From contig CAWFUG010000009.1 in NCBI GenBank assembly GCA_963818965.1, positions 352,001-416,000 on the forward strand: DNA of 64,000 nucleotides. Reading direction: 5' to 3'. Positions 9,781 to 19,191 of this stretch are shown here, piece by piece. Positions within the stretch are counted from its first letter, which is position 1, and every line of letters starts with the position of its first letter. Position numbers and translations under genes: made by a program. Source of the DNA: an uncultured Verrucomicrobiae bacterium (lineage in GTDB: Bacteria; Chlamydiota; Chlamydiia; Chlamydiales; Rhabdochlamydiaceae). Below the pieces are notes generated by a model, which worked only from the letters and a program-made list of their open reading frames with translations, made no database searches and had not been told where the DNA came from.

Positions 9781-9861
9781 AAAAATCCAGCAGTCAATTT
9801 TTTTGACCCTAGGTTATAAAATAAACCGGCACTAAAGAGAAAGAAGAAATAGATTTCAGTC

Positions 9862-9894
9862 GGCACTCAGCCACGAGCAGTTTGTGGCTAAGTG
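9862..9894. terminator. Stem-loop downstream of 9914-10249
   Basis: gcactcagccac-9nt-gtggctaagtgc inverted repeat; no clear U-tract. Confidence 0.45.
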
Positions 9895-9913
9895 CAGTTA
9901 CACCCACCATCGC

Positions 9914-10249
9914 TCAATAGCAGTGCAAAAAGCGCTCGAGTTGTGCCGATGCGTCTTTTAGCGCAGTCTGAAAGGCGATCCGTTGCATCGTGGGGGACAT
10001 CTCGGGGACCTCTGTCAGATCGATGATCGCAGATTTGAGGTGGATTTCGTGGGGCTTGATCTCTGCGTGGCGGGCATTGAGCAGGTCGATGATCAATTCC
10101 GCGTGATCTTCTAATTCGTTACGGGTCGGTGTGTACTTAGGCTCTTTGAGCATTTTAGAGAGCAGGGTGTCGACTTTGCCCTTGATCCTCTCTGCCTCTT
10201 TGCAGCAAGCGAGCGGGCGTTTCGAGGGTTGGGCATGCATTGCGGACAT
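9914..10249 (-). CDS. Small hypothetical protein
   Basis: 111-aa ORF with GGAGG RBS and an AT-rich promoter region upstream. Confidence 0.65.
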   Translation of the reverse strand: MSAMHAQPSKRPLACCKEAERIKGKVDTLLSKMLKEPKYTPTRNELEDHAELIIDLLNARHAEIKPHEIHLKSAIIDLTEVPEMSPTMQRIAFQTALKDASAQLERFLHCY

Positions 10250-10315
10250 AGTTTCCTCCAGATTATCTTGTCTTAATCTTGATTATTTTGTTTATTATAT
10301 TATAATTCAAAGTAT

Positions 10316-11032
10316 TTATTGTTTTAATACTGTTTGTATTAAACTAAGTGCAACAAGCGGAGCGGTTTCTGCGCGTAAAATATTGGGGTGGAGGCGAACG
10401 CCTTTGGCCTTGAGGGTTTCTCTGAGGAACGTCTCTTCTCGGGGATCGAATCCCTTTTCTGGCCCGATGAAGAGGACGGCGGGGAGGGTATCGATCGGCT
10501 CGAGCGTCCAGAGATAGGGGGCTTCGGAGGTGAGGTCTCCAAAGAGGAGCGTCCCCTCGAGAGGTTTCCACTGAAGAAGGGGCGGTTTTAAGTGGATTGC
10601 AGGGAGATCGAGCCTGCCTGATTGTTTCATGGCGGCGATCGCGAGGTGGTTGAGGCGGGTGAGCATTGTGGATTTGAGTTCTACGATTTCGCTGCGCATC
10701 CCAGGGAAAAGCCAAAACTCTGCCGCCCCGAGCTCTGTGCCCTTTTCGATGACCCAATCGAGGTTGCTCTTGCGCGGCATTCCCAAAGCGAGGATGACGG
10801 AGGCCTTTGGCACAGCTCCTGTATAGACCTGCTCGACATGGACGTTAGCAGAGCGTTTTCCCAATGCCTCGACTCGGGCCTGTCCCAGCTGCCCCCGCCC
10901 GTTGACGAGCTCTAAAGGGGCACCGACTTTTGCGCGTGAGACGTGAGCGAGGTGGTGCCACTCTCCCTCAGTAATCGCGTAAGTCTTCCCCTTCTCGAGG
11001 GGCAGATCGATGTAGTACCGGTCGTGTGGCAT
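10316..11032 (-). CDS. rsmE: 16S rRNA m3U1498 methyltransferase
   Basis: HHLAHVSR, EKGTELGA, AAMKQSGR, IGPEKGF, ILRAETAP motifs. Confidence 0.95.
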   Translation of the reverse strand: MPHDRYYIDLPLEKGKTYAITEGEWHHLAHVSRAKVGAPLELVNGRGQLGQARVEALGKRSANVHVEQVYTGAVPKASVILALGMPRKSNLDWVIEKGTELGAAEFWLFPGMRSEIVELKSTMLTRLNHLAIAAMKQSGRLDLPAIHLKPPLLQWKPLEGTLLFGDLTSEAPYLWTLEPIDTLPAVLFIGPEKGFDPREETFLRETLKAKGVRLHPNILRAETAPLVALSLIQTVLKQ

Positions 11033-11738
11033 AATTACCTTCTAGGCGTTCGTAGCAGGGGCAAGCGCTACCGTGATTGAATTGTAAAAAGTTCCAGGCT
11101 TCTCGGTTCAAAGGGTATAGAGGGTGCTCTGATTCTGTGTAAAGGGTGAAATGTGCATTATGACAAATTTCGCTGAGTTTTTGGCCGATTTTGAGATTAA
11201 TGTAGGAGTGGGGATGGGAGCAGAGTGGTTCCAGTCGCTCTTTGGCTAGCGGCTGGATCGTCTCATGGGAGAGCCATACACAGCGCTTGAGAATGATAAA
11301 GGCGTCAGAGAGGTAGCGCGGCTTGAGTGTTTCGATGGTGGCGTGGTGCTTTTGCGGGAGGTTTTTTAGAATAGTAAATGAAGCAGAGTTATACCCCGTC
11401 CGGTCAGGAATTGCGAATTTGAGCTGCGTGAAAGCTCCCGCGATTCCACGATCGAAAAGGGGGCCAGTATTGAGGAAATACAGGCCCCCTTTTCGATCGT
11501 GGAATCCCGGGGCTTTGACGCGCTCAAATTCGCAATTCCTGACCGGGCGGGGTATAAGTGCTGTGTCTGTTATTTTGTCAAATGCGATGAATCTCTCCTC
11601 TGGGTCGGAGATTTTTTGCAGTGTTGCTTTTTGGTCTGCCCAATAAGCATCTTCCGTGGAGGCGTGTGTGTGTTGCTGGGACAGGTAGCGTTGAGAAGAG
11701 GAAGGATCAGAGAGAAATGTGGTGGATAGAGGGTACAT
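10968..11738 (-). CDS. Hypothetical protein carrying an in-frame 55-aa palindromic-element insert
   Basis: ORF stays open through the element at 11390-11556. Start uncertain (ATG 11738 or GTG 11792). Confidence 0.55.
   Translation of the reverse strand: MYPLSTTFLSDPSSSQRYLSQQHTHASTEDAYWADQKATLQKISDPEERFIAFDKITDTALIPRPVRNCEFERVKAPGFHDRKGGLYFLNTGPLFDRGIAGAFTQLKFAIPDRTGYNSASFTILKNLPQKHHATIETLKPRYLSDAFIILKRCVWLSHETIQPLAKERLEPLCSHPHSYINLKIGQKLSEICHNAHFTLYTESEHPLYPLNREAWNFLQFNHGSACPCYERLEGNYATRPVLHRSAPREGEDLRDY
11390..11556. mobile_element. TA-flanked palindromic miniature element (163 bp plus TA), intragenic and in frame
   Basis: TA-TACCCCGTCCGGTCAGGAATTGCGAATTTGAGC...GCTCAAATTCGCAATTCCTGACCGGGCGGGGTA-TA; central loop gtattgaggaaatac. 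Confidence 0.85.
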
Positions 11739-11929
11739 AGAGGAGTTCCAGTGGTTAAATACGACATCGTCACCACTTCCTATGGGCGCCACCGCCTCTC
11801 GCTTAAGGTTTCTAAAGGAATTCAGGCTTACGCCTTTACGTTTGGCGCGGAATAGATATTTTAATTTTTCCTAACATTGTGGCAAAATCCCAGGTGCTTC
11901 TTTCTTTTAGATAGAGCTTGGAGGATGTC

Positions 11930-14002
11930 ATGACAATGTCGACAAGCACAACGACTACAACCATAACAACATCGGTCTCGTTGGCTACCACCCAACAGGC
12001 CCTGTTTGGGACAGAGTCCGCACCTGCTTCTCCCGTCCGCGTTAAGCGAGAGGCTCCGCGATCGATCGGTCGCAGCAACACGGGGATTCTTCACCTGCCC
12101 CCTACGCTCATTCCAAAACCCTTACAAGAGGGTAAGGCCAAATCGAGCAGGGAACAATTAGGGGATCGGTCTTATCAGATCTCTGTCCGCAGAGCTTCGG
12201 GCGGAGAGCGGCATCCCCATGTCATTACTGTAGAGATCCCTATTTCTACCTTCCTTGATTTTATTCCGATTCCGGTCATTTCGCCGAAAAAGTGGAGGGA
12301 AGGTCTCTCTTGCACATTGGAACACGAGGCTCTCCAAAGCGATTTCTCATCAGATGAAAAAAAGAATATCATCCAGGGGCTATACAATAGATCTTTAGAA
12401 TATTCGAGTATCTTGCAGCGGATTCAGAAGACTATAGAGGCATTTGGTCGTGTGAAACGGTATGAGTTTTTAAAGCAATTTTCGCAAGAAACCAATCCTC
12501 TGCGTTTTTCTGAGCGCTATGGTAAGCTCTGCGAAAAATCGCGCTATCAAGGCGATGTATTATTCCACATTGCTGGAGCGGAACAGGCTCTTCACATCAT
12601 TCAGAGCGCAAGCGATCTTCAAGGGGAAGTCCTCAAGCGGAAGCTCGATATGGAATTTGATCGGATCGCATTTGTGGAGACGAAAAGAAAAAATCTATTG
12701 AATTCCTCCTTCGTATTTGAAAAAAAATTCGATGTAGAAAATCCCCAGATCATCCCTATCCCTATCTTTTTACTCGATTACAAGGAATTCGCTGAGACCT
12801 TTCGATCTTACTATTCCAAGGGCCCTTTTCCAGCGGATGCGCTCGTTATCAATGGTAAGAATATTCCCATCCCCAATTACGCCACTCTTCAAATAGAGGA
12901 GGAAAAGGGAGAAGAGTTTTTTCAGGAGTGGCTCATTGCGATCCTTCAACAAGAGCTCAACATTAAGGCAGCCCTGAGTGAAAGAGAGCAGATCGCCCTT
13001 TTTGCTTCCGAGGCGTCAGATGTGACTTTTTCTCCCAGGTCCTCCTCTGGCAAGGAAAAACGCAAGAAGAAGCAAGCAAAGCTTAAAAAATCAATCAAAG
13101 CCCATCTCGCGCAGGAATTCAAAACTCCCTGTGGGGATCTGTATTTTAAAATGACAGAATTTTTGACGAAATTAAGCAAAGAAAAGCAAACATTGGAATT
13201 TGCACAGCAGATGCTCCCTCATTCTTATTACCTCAGCAAATACCTTCGCTCCCACCCGGCATTTGCAGAAAAAAAGTGGGACGAAGTAGCAGATGAGCTC
13301 TATCGTATTTATTGCCGCACGCATCAGCTGCAGAAGAAATACCAAGAGATCCCTTTGTTGGCTCTTTTGAAATCGCTGTGTTATTCCGTTTTCGGGACAG
13401 CGGGTTGTCTCTTAGACGGGACTATATGCCCTAGTCTATCTATGCATGACGATGGGCTTGCTCCTCGACTCTGTGCGACCTATAGTAAGCCGAAAAAAGT
13501 TTCAGTGGTGCGCAAAGATGTGGAAGAGAATATTTCCGACTCGCTCGCCCTTCTCAAAGCATTTCCCTCTAGTGACAACGAGAACGATCTCAAATTCCGC
13601 GTTTACCAGCTGCAACACGATCATGCGTTCATCGGCTCTTATCGCGTTGAAATGGTCGGAAAGTTCTTTGAGGTAACGCACATTAAGGCATTTGATATCC
13701 TCCGTGTGGAAACGAGCAAGGAACCAGAAGAAACACCTGTTGCCAGTGGGGCGTCGAGTGAAAAAAAGGAAGAGAACAAAAAGAAGGCGCACTGTTTCGT
13801 GCATTGGGTGATAAAAGGGGAGCTCGGCTCGATCGACCATTCAGCGGAAATGCGCTTTGCCGATTTCGTCTTTCCTGCCGATTGTCTTTACCCAGAGCGC
13901 AAAATCATCATGGACAAATTTCACTTGGAGTGGCGCACGTGTCCTTGGGGGCATTATTTGAAACGGAATGATATAGTAGCTTCTCCTTCAGGCTCTCTTT
14001 GA
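11930..14002 (+). CDS. Hypothetical protein, secreted effector candidate
   Basis: About 690-aa ORF; GGAGG RBS; Thr/Ser-rich N-terminus; basic KEKRKKKQAKLKK patch. Confidence 0.75.
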   Translation: MTMSTSTTTTTITTSVSLATTQQALFGTESAPASPVRVKREAPRSIGRSNTGILHLPPTLIPKPLQEGKAKSSREQLGDRSYQISVRRASGGERHPHVITVEIPISTFLDFIPIPVISPKKWREGLSCTLEHEALQSDFSSDEKKNIIQGLYNRSLEYSSILQRIQKTIEAFGRVKRYEFLKQFSQETNPLRFSERYGKLCEKSRYQGDVLFHIAGAEQALHIIQSASDLQGEVLKRKLDMEFDRIAFVETKRKNLLNSSFVFEKKFDVENPQIIPIPIFLLDYKEFAETFRSYYSKGPFPADALVINGKNIPIPNYATLQIEEEKGEEFFQEWLIAILQQELNIKAALSEREQIALFASEASDVTFSPRSSSGKEKRKKKQAKLKKSIKAHLAQEFKTPCGDLYFKMTEFLTKLSKEKQTLEFAQQMLPHSYYLSKYLRSHPAFAEKKWDEVADELYRIYCRTHQLQKKYQEIPLLALLKSLCYSVFGTAGCLLDGTICPSLSMHDDGLAPRLCATYSKPKKVSVVRKDVEENISDSLALLKAFPSSDNENDLKFRVYQLQHDHAFIGSYRVEMVGKFFEVTHIKAFDILRVETSKEPEETPVASGASSEKKEENKKKAHCFVHWVIKGELGSIDHSAEMRFADFVFPADCLYPERKIIMDKFHLEWRTCPWGHYLKRNDIVASPSGSL

Positions 14003-15197
14003 ACGACTTACCCTCTTGCAATAATTCAGATAGAGTTGCGACGTCGAAGGTCGCAAGCTTCTTAAAGTGGGTTTGTAGTGCAGGTAGCGGCAAAAAATCA
14101 AACAGAAGCTTGAAGCGGTAGTCGCGCTGAAAGAGATCTTTCTCTATCCCATAGGGGATAACTTCAGCTTCTTCTACCTGTACAGCATCTTCTGATCCCT
14201 TGGGGACATAAAAGGTTAAGAATTCCGTCGGATAGATCTCTCGGAATACAGAGAGTTCTGCAAACCAAGGAGCTCTTTGGGGTAAGACGATCAGGATCGA
14301 CTCGTGGCGGAACCGTTTTTTGAGACGCCCAGGCGTCTGCTGTTTCCAGCGGTTATGGGAAAAGAGCCATTGCCCCGGATTTTTTTGGATGCTCTTTTCG
14401 AGCTCTAAAAGAGAGGCGCGCATCATCCGATCGACCTCTTGGTCGAGAGGTTGATCGCTCTTTGGCCAAATCGGATCGGAATAGTGGATGATGTATTTTC
14501 CCTTCTCTCTTCGCGTCGTAGCGACCATGATCGGAGCACCTGTACGATGGGAGAGAATGGCAGCCATAGGCGAGGTCCAGGCACGCTTTCCGAGAAAGGG
14601 GGAGCTGTAGCCGCTATCGGGCATCCCTTGATCCCCGACGATTCCTAAAAAAGCACCCCGCTTGAGCCCTCGAAGACCTTCTCTAATCGCATTCTTAGGT
14701 GCGATGATCTTGCCTCCATACTTCTGCCTAATCGAGAGAATCCAAGAATAGAGCAGAGAATTAGCCACCGGGCGACCGATAGCCACTCCCGGCATCCGCT
14801 TTGTCCCCTCTAAAAAGAGCACTTCCCAATTGGCTTGGTGTCCACAGAAGAAGATGATCGGCTTACCCTGGCGCATCAGCTCATCAGCACATTCGGGATT
14901 TTCACAATGAGCCACCCGGTGGATCTCTTTTTCTGAGGCGAACTTCGCATACTCGAGGCAAGTGATCATGAGATTCTGTAACGACGCCTTCGCTAGTCTA
15001 ATGAGTTCTTTTTCCGATAGGGCAAGCGTAGAGGCGAGACTCAGATTGCTGAGCGTGCGCTTGCGGTACTTGGGAAAAAGAAAATAGAGGAGCAGTCCCA
15101 ACTGATTCCCTAACCGATGGATTGCAGAATAGGGAAGCCAGCGGAGCGGCCACGTAAACAGGAGGATGAGAGTAAAAGAAATTCTATGCACTAACAT
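13908..15197 (-). CDS. htrB: Lipid A late acyltransferase (HtrB/LpxL family) with C-terminal extension
   Basis: GHQANWE, VGDQ, PFLG, PGQWLFSHNRWK motifs. Confidence 0.9.
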   Translation of the reverse strand: MLVHRISFTLILLFTWPLRWLPYSAIHRLGNQLGLLLYFLFPKYRKRTLSNLSLASTLALSEKELIRLAKASLQNLMITCLEYAKFASEKEIHRVAHCENPECADELMRQGKPIIFFCGHQANWEVLFLEGTKRMPGVAIGRPVANSLLYSWILSIRQKYGGKIIAPKNAIREGLRGLKRGAFLGIVGDQGMPDSGYSSPFLGKRAWTSPMAAILSHRTGAPIMVATTRREKGKYIIHYSDPIWPKSDQPLDQEVDRMMRASLLELEKSIQKNPGQWLFSHNRWKQQTPGRLKKRFRHESILIVLPQRAPWFAELSVFREIYPTEFLTFYVPKGSEDAVQVEEAEVIPYGIEKDLFQRDYRFKLLFDFLPLPALQTHFKKLATFDVATLSELLQEGKSFKESLKEKLLYHSVSNNAPKDTCATPSEICP

Positions 15198-15253
15198 ATG
15201 GATACTAGAATACCAGGAGGGGGAATTTTGTGGCCTAGGATTGTTCAGATAGG

Positions 15254-15426
15254 GATGTTATTGCATAAATAGCTGAATTTCACCACAGAGAGGAAAAACC
15301 ACAGAGAGGGGAAACCACAGAGAGGGAATTTTTTAATATGAATTTCCTCTCTGTGGTTTCCCCTCTCTGTGGAGAAAGTGCATTTATTCAAAATGGAATG
15401 ATGGGAAACTAGATTAGGTCTTCATG
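15254..15426. repeat. Composite repeat: gttattgcataaatagctg, CCACAGAGAG hairpin, ...ctagattaggtc
   Basis: Near-identical to 50864-51013 and, inverted, to 59765-60090. Confidence 0.85.
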
Positions 15427-15482
15427 GCAAAAGCTCTTGAGAATAAAGGAACTGGGAAGGTAGACTCTGCGTCTTTAAAAAT

Positions 15483-15648
15483 TATACCACGCGCGCTTGA
15501 GGATGATGCATTTGAGCGCGTCAAAGCCCCGGGGTTCGACGATCGGAAATGGAGGTAGTATTGATGAAATACAACCCCCATTTCCGATCGTCGAACCGAG
15601 GGAGCTTTCACGCACTCAAATGCATCATCCTCAAGCGCGCGGGGTATA
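15483..15648. mobile_element. TA-flanked palindromic miniature element (162 bp plus TA)
   Basis: TA-TACCACGCGCGCTTGAGGATGATGCATTTGAG...CTCAAATGCATCATCCTCAAGCGCGCGGGGTA-TA; loop gtattgatgaaatac. Confidence 0.85.
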
Positions 15649-15665
15649 ACAATGGGATTTATTTT

Positions 15666-16604
15666 ATGTTTAAAGCAGATGGTTGCGCACCCGGTCGTTC
15701 CTCTCCGCCTCATTATCCGCCCCCTTTTCCCCCTAGTGATCTTTCCAGGTCCAATGCGCGCTTAACGCAAGATGCGTTTGCCGAGGAGTTGGAAAGCGCG
15801 CTTTTGCAATTGCAAAATAAACTAGACGCGGTTTTTTCAGAAAAAACACCGGACACTCTTAAGGGTTTTATCTATGTCCCGCCCCAGCCAGAGTATAGAG
15901 AGGCTTTAGAGTCGCGCCGTTCCTGGAGTATTCTGTATCCTCTTTTTTGCGGATTTCCCCTTTCTCAGCTGAAGACACTCGCTTTAGTCAACCAGAACTG
16001 GAATCTCTGTGCGAGGAAAGTAGTGGGGGAGCAGATGCGGGAAGAGGGCGCCTATTTTTTAAAAGAGGTTGCAACCTATTTGAAACGGTTTGAGGGGGAG
16101 TATTTCGACTACAAAAAGGATCAGCTCGAAGACTTTAGAGAGGAATATACAGAAAAGGTAGAGTGGGCCGAGTATTACCCCCTCGCATCACAAGCGAAGT
16201 TGATCGATCTCATCGCCTGTGAGTTCTCTAAAATATTTGAATTTGAGGAAGTGCAGATACTCCAATACAACACCGCTGAAAGTCCCTTTACCGATCGCTT
16301 TTTTCAATTGTACAACCGCTGTGGAGAGATCTTAGACATCGTCATTAGCGGAGACAAAAGGACAAAATTTTTTAAGCTCAACCAGCATGTTCATGTGCTA
16401 TTGCGAGAAAAGTATTTTGATTTGGCGATGATTACAGCGCAACATATCCCCGAGTGTGGTGTGGTCGATTTGAGTAGACCTGATCGGCCTTATTATGATC
16501 CGAAAAAGGAACTCATAGAACGCGTGCGGCACGAAGCGGCAGCAGAAGGGGTAATCATAAAAGCTAAACCAGTCGTTAATTCAAGAGCTGGAATAACCGC
16601 TTAA
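15666..16604 (+). CDS. Hypothetical protein with F-box-like motif and Pro-rich N-terminus
   Basis: WSILYPLFCGFPLSQLKTLALVNQNWNLCARK. The ORF-track start at 15549 lies inside the palindromic element, so ATG 15666 is preferred. Confidence 0.6.
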   Translation: MFKADGCAPGRSSPPHYPPPFPPSDLSRSNARLTQDAFAEELESALLQLQNKLDAVFSEKTPDTLKGFIYVPPQPEYREALESRRSWSILYPLFCGFPLSQLKTLALVNQNWNLCARKVVGEQMREEGAYFLKEVATYLKRFEGEYFDYKKDQLEDFREEYTEKVEWAEYYPLASQAKLIDLIACEFSKIFEFEEVQILQYNTAESPFTDRFFQLYNRCGEILDIVISGDKRTKFFKLNQHVHVLLREKYFDLAMITAQHIPECGVVDLSRPDRPYYDPKKELIERVRHEAAAEGVIIKAKPVVNSRAGITA

Positions 16605-17728
16605 GCGCGCAAGGTCAGATCGACGATCTTTTTCAGTTGAAGGGAAAAGTCGAGATGGCGGGATGCGGCGCGGATCGCGCGGCTGCTCGCGACGGTTTTG
16701 CGCTTCTCGAACGTTTGGCGTAAGAGGGCAGCGAACTGGGAGGTGTCGTCGAGATCGGGGATGACGCAACCTGTCTCAGGGGTCAGGACTTCTTTCCCCC
16801 CGTTGTGCGCGGAAGAGAGGACGAAGAGGCCCATGCTCAATGCTTCGACGGTGACGTTGGCGAAGGGATCGTAGAGCGAGGGAATGATGAGCGTATCTGC
16901 CATCTGGTAAAACAGAAGAGAGGAAGGCTGGGGGCCGAGAAAAGAGACTTTTTGACTCAAGCCCCGCCGCTCTGCGCCCCTCTCAAAGTATCTGAGATTC
17001 TTTTCCTTTCCAACCACACTCAGGTGAAAATCTTCCCCTTGCAGTAATGCTAAAGCGTTCAGCAGTTTTTCTAGTCCTTTTCTTTGGTAGTTATGACCGA
17101 TGAAGAGCAGTTCATGGGTTGTCTTGCGCGGACAGAGTCTCTCTTTTTCCTCCTCCCAACGATCGAACGCCCCTTGTTTTTCCATCCATTCGACTCCATT
17201 GTGCACGACGGCAATTTTTTCAGGATCGATCGCATACTGGTTTAAAATCTCTTCCTTGACCATCTGAGAATTGGTGAAGAGCACTTTGAGCGCCGGATGT
17301 TCGAATGTCTTTTTTTCGAGGCGTAAAATAGCGCTGTGGAGAGGATTAAAGGCAAAGCTCTGCTTTTTCCACCACCCTTCTTCTTGAGCACGCCTTTTAA
17401 GGTAGGCGGCGTGGGAGCCATTGCCGGCGCGGTGGTGGGTTTGGAACCGGCACCGATCGAGGCTGAAGACGATCGACGTCGGGTGTTTTTGGAGATAGGC
17501 GTGACAGGCGCGGTCGAAATGGAGGAGGTTGAATACACTCAAGGCGTGGGCGATGGAAAAGGAATGGATCCTCAGAGCAGGGTGCTCGAAGGGGGGCGTA
17601 GGGGAACCTGTTGTGAGAAGCGTTACCTCTGCATTTTCCTGACAAAAACGCTCTGCGATTTGCCAGGTGTATTTCTCGAGACCCCCAATCCGATTTAAAT
17701 TGCTCTTGATGAGTATGATTTTAAGCAT
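16601..17728 (-). CDS. Glycosyltransferase family 4 (WaaG-like, LPS core)
   Basis: GGLEKY, NSQMVK, VVHNGV, RKGL, PSLYDPFANVTVEALSMGL. Start ATG 17728. Confidence 0.9.
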   Translation of the reverse strand: MLKIILIKSNLNRIGGLEKYTWQIAERFCQENAEVTLLTTGSPTPPFEHPALRIHSFSIAHALSVFNLLHFDRACHAYLQKHPTSIVFSLDRCRFQTHHRAGNGSHAAYLKRRAQEEGWWKKQSFAFNPLHSAILRLEKKTFEHPALKVLFTNSQMVKEEILNQYAIDPEKIAVVHNGVEWMEKQGAFDRWEEEKERLCPRKTTHELLFIGHNYQRKGLEKLLNALALLQGEDFHLSVVGKEKNLRYFERGAERRGLSQKVSFLGPQPSSLLFYQMADTLIIPSLYDPFANVTVEALSMGLFVLSSAHNGGKEVLTPETGCVIPDLDDTSQFAALLRQTFEKRKTVASSRAIRAASRHLDFSLQLKKIVDLTLRA

Positions 17729-17750
17729 GAACCTTGATTCTTTTTGAATA

Positions 17751-17837
17751 TATACCCCGCGCGCTTGAGGATGGTGCATTTGAACCGCGGGGCTTTCACG
17801 CGGCTCAAATGCACCATCCTCAAGCGCGCGGGGTATA
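17751..17837. mobile_element. TA-flanked palindromic element, internally deleted (83 bp)
   Basis: Near-identical arms to 15483-15648 with the centre missing. Confidence 0.85.
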
Positions 17838-17847
17838 ACATTATTCG

Positions 17848-17925
17848 TTTTCACCATAGAGGGGAGAAACCACAGAGAGAGAATGAAAAAATATCTCTCT
17901 GTGGTTTCTCCTCTCTGTGGTGAAA
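17848..17925. repeat. CCACAGAGAG/CTCTCTGTGG hairpin repeat
   Basis: tttcaccatagaggggagaaaccacagagag...ctctctgtggtttctcctctctgtggtgaaa immediately after the ybbR stop. Confidence 0.85.
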
Positions 17926-19191
17926 TTAAGGCTCTGGGGTCGACAGAGTAGCGGGTTTCTCGACTTGAATCTGGTCCCCATTTAACGAGATAGCGAGATC
18001 GAACTTAGTCTCATCCGATTCGAAGAGTTGGAAGCGGTTCATGTAACTGCGGAAGCGGTTGCGGAGGTATTCCTCTCGCAATGTCGGTTGCATGAGGCGG
18101 ATATCATTGTCAGAGACATCAGACATAAGGATGGAGACATACTTGTCTTCGAGTAATCGGGGATCGACGAATTGGACACTCCAGTCGAGGAATTTACGGT
18201 CGGTGCGAGGGGAGACGATGATGAGGATCTCGATCATGTCTCGCACCGTTTCTAAAAAGAGGGAATCGACCCCATTGGCATACAGGCGGGATTGAATCAA
18301 AAAAGCGCCGTTCAAGGGTTTCAATAGGGGGCTTGGCGCCATGCGCACAGTATCTGGGTTCAATTTCTGCAAATTCTGCGGAGGGAAGAACAAAGAGATA
18401 GGGATCATCGCATTCAAGGGAAGCTGATTGTAGCGGATGAAATCGATGCGCAGCCCCTTGGCCTGAGGGTCATCGATCTCGATCGGTTGATCAGAGAGGA
18501 TGGGGATATTGATCTGCTTCCACTGGTCAGGGACGAAAAAGCTCACGACATCGGAATTAGTCCCCGTAGTTTTTCGAGAAATGGCATCCAACTCCGCTTT
18601 AGGGATGTCGCTCAGATTGAACGTCACGCGCTGCTCTTTCGTCTTGAGCCGCTTGATCACCTCTTCTGGTCCGCTCACGCTCATAGTGAGTCGATAAGGC
18701 CAAACATCTAAGAACTGGTAGCCCCGCGGCGGTTCTCCGATCGGTTGTGTGATGACGATGGGGATTTGATCTGTGGTGAGCTTCGTCATGCGCACGATGA
18801 AATTGGGATGGTAAACCCGAGAAATTCCCTGGTTGATGTCGATCTCTGGGTTTAATGAGACTAGATTCTTCTTAGAGACGACGACGATCCATTCGCCCGA
18901 TTTATCGGCTGCATCCACCGTAATCTCGAGATCGGAAGAGGTGATCTCGTCGATGACAGCGCGATTGCCGACGAGAGTGAGCGTCAATTTCTTAGCGAGT
19001 TTGCCGTTGGGCTGCATCCCCTCTACCGTTTTCCCGGCGGGTAAGTTGATGATCCGGATGGGGACATTGCTGACATTTCGAGTGCTCGTGAGCGTGTGAT
19101 TGACGACGAGCCACGTGATGATCGCTAGGATAATCGCAACCAATTTTCTCGGCCAATGTTCGACGAACAGTTTTAGAATGAGACTTTTCAT
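17926..19191 (-). CDS. ybbR: YbbR/CdaR-family regulator of diadenylate cyclase
   Basis: N-terminal TM segment (HWPRKLVAIILAIITW); ATGA overlap with the dacA stop. Confidence 0.8.
   Translation of the reverse strand: MKSLILKLFVEHWPRKLVAIILAIITWLVVNHTLTSTRNVSNVPIRIINLPAGKTVEGMQPNGKLAKKLTLTLVGNRAVIDEITSSDLEITVDAADKSGEWIVVVSKKNLVSLNPEIDINQGISRVYHPNFIVRMTKLTTDQIPIVITQPIGEPPRGYQFLDVWPYRLTMSVSGPEEVIKRLKTKEQRVTFNLSDIPKAELDAISRKTTGTNSDVVSFFVPDQWKQINIPILSDQPIEIDDPQAKGLRIDFIRYNQLPLNAMIPISLFFPPQNLQKLNPDTVRMAPSPLLKPLNGAFLIQSRLYANGVDSLFLETVRDMIEILIIVSPRTDRKFLDWSVQFVDPRLLEDKYVSILMSDVSDNDIRLMQPTLREEYLRNRFRSYMNRFQLFESDETKFDLAISLNGDQIQVEKPATLSTPEP

Noticed and set aside
15278..15377. CCACAGAGAG direct repeats as a CRISPR array
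   Set aside because: Units are about 11 bp with near-constant short linkers, mirrored as inverted repeats. There are no unique spacers and no cas genes.
15414..15713. Short ORFs over palindromic elements (also 11323-11646, 26270-26461, 26412-26618)
   Set aside because: These are open frames generated by the repeats, with no RBS or family motifs.
17729..17857. N-terminal extensions of the glycosyltransferase, dacA (to 20048) and the 15549 ORF
   Set aside because: The upstream starts fall inside repeats and the recognisable domains begin at downstream ATGs. Read-through cannot be fully excluded.
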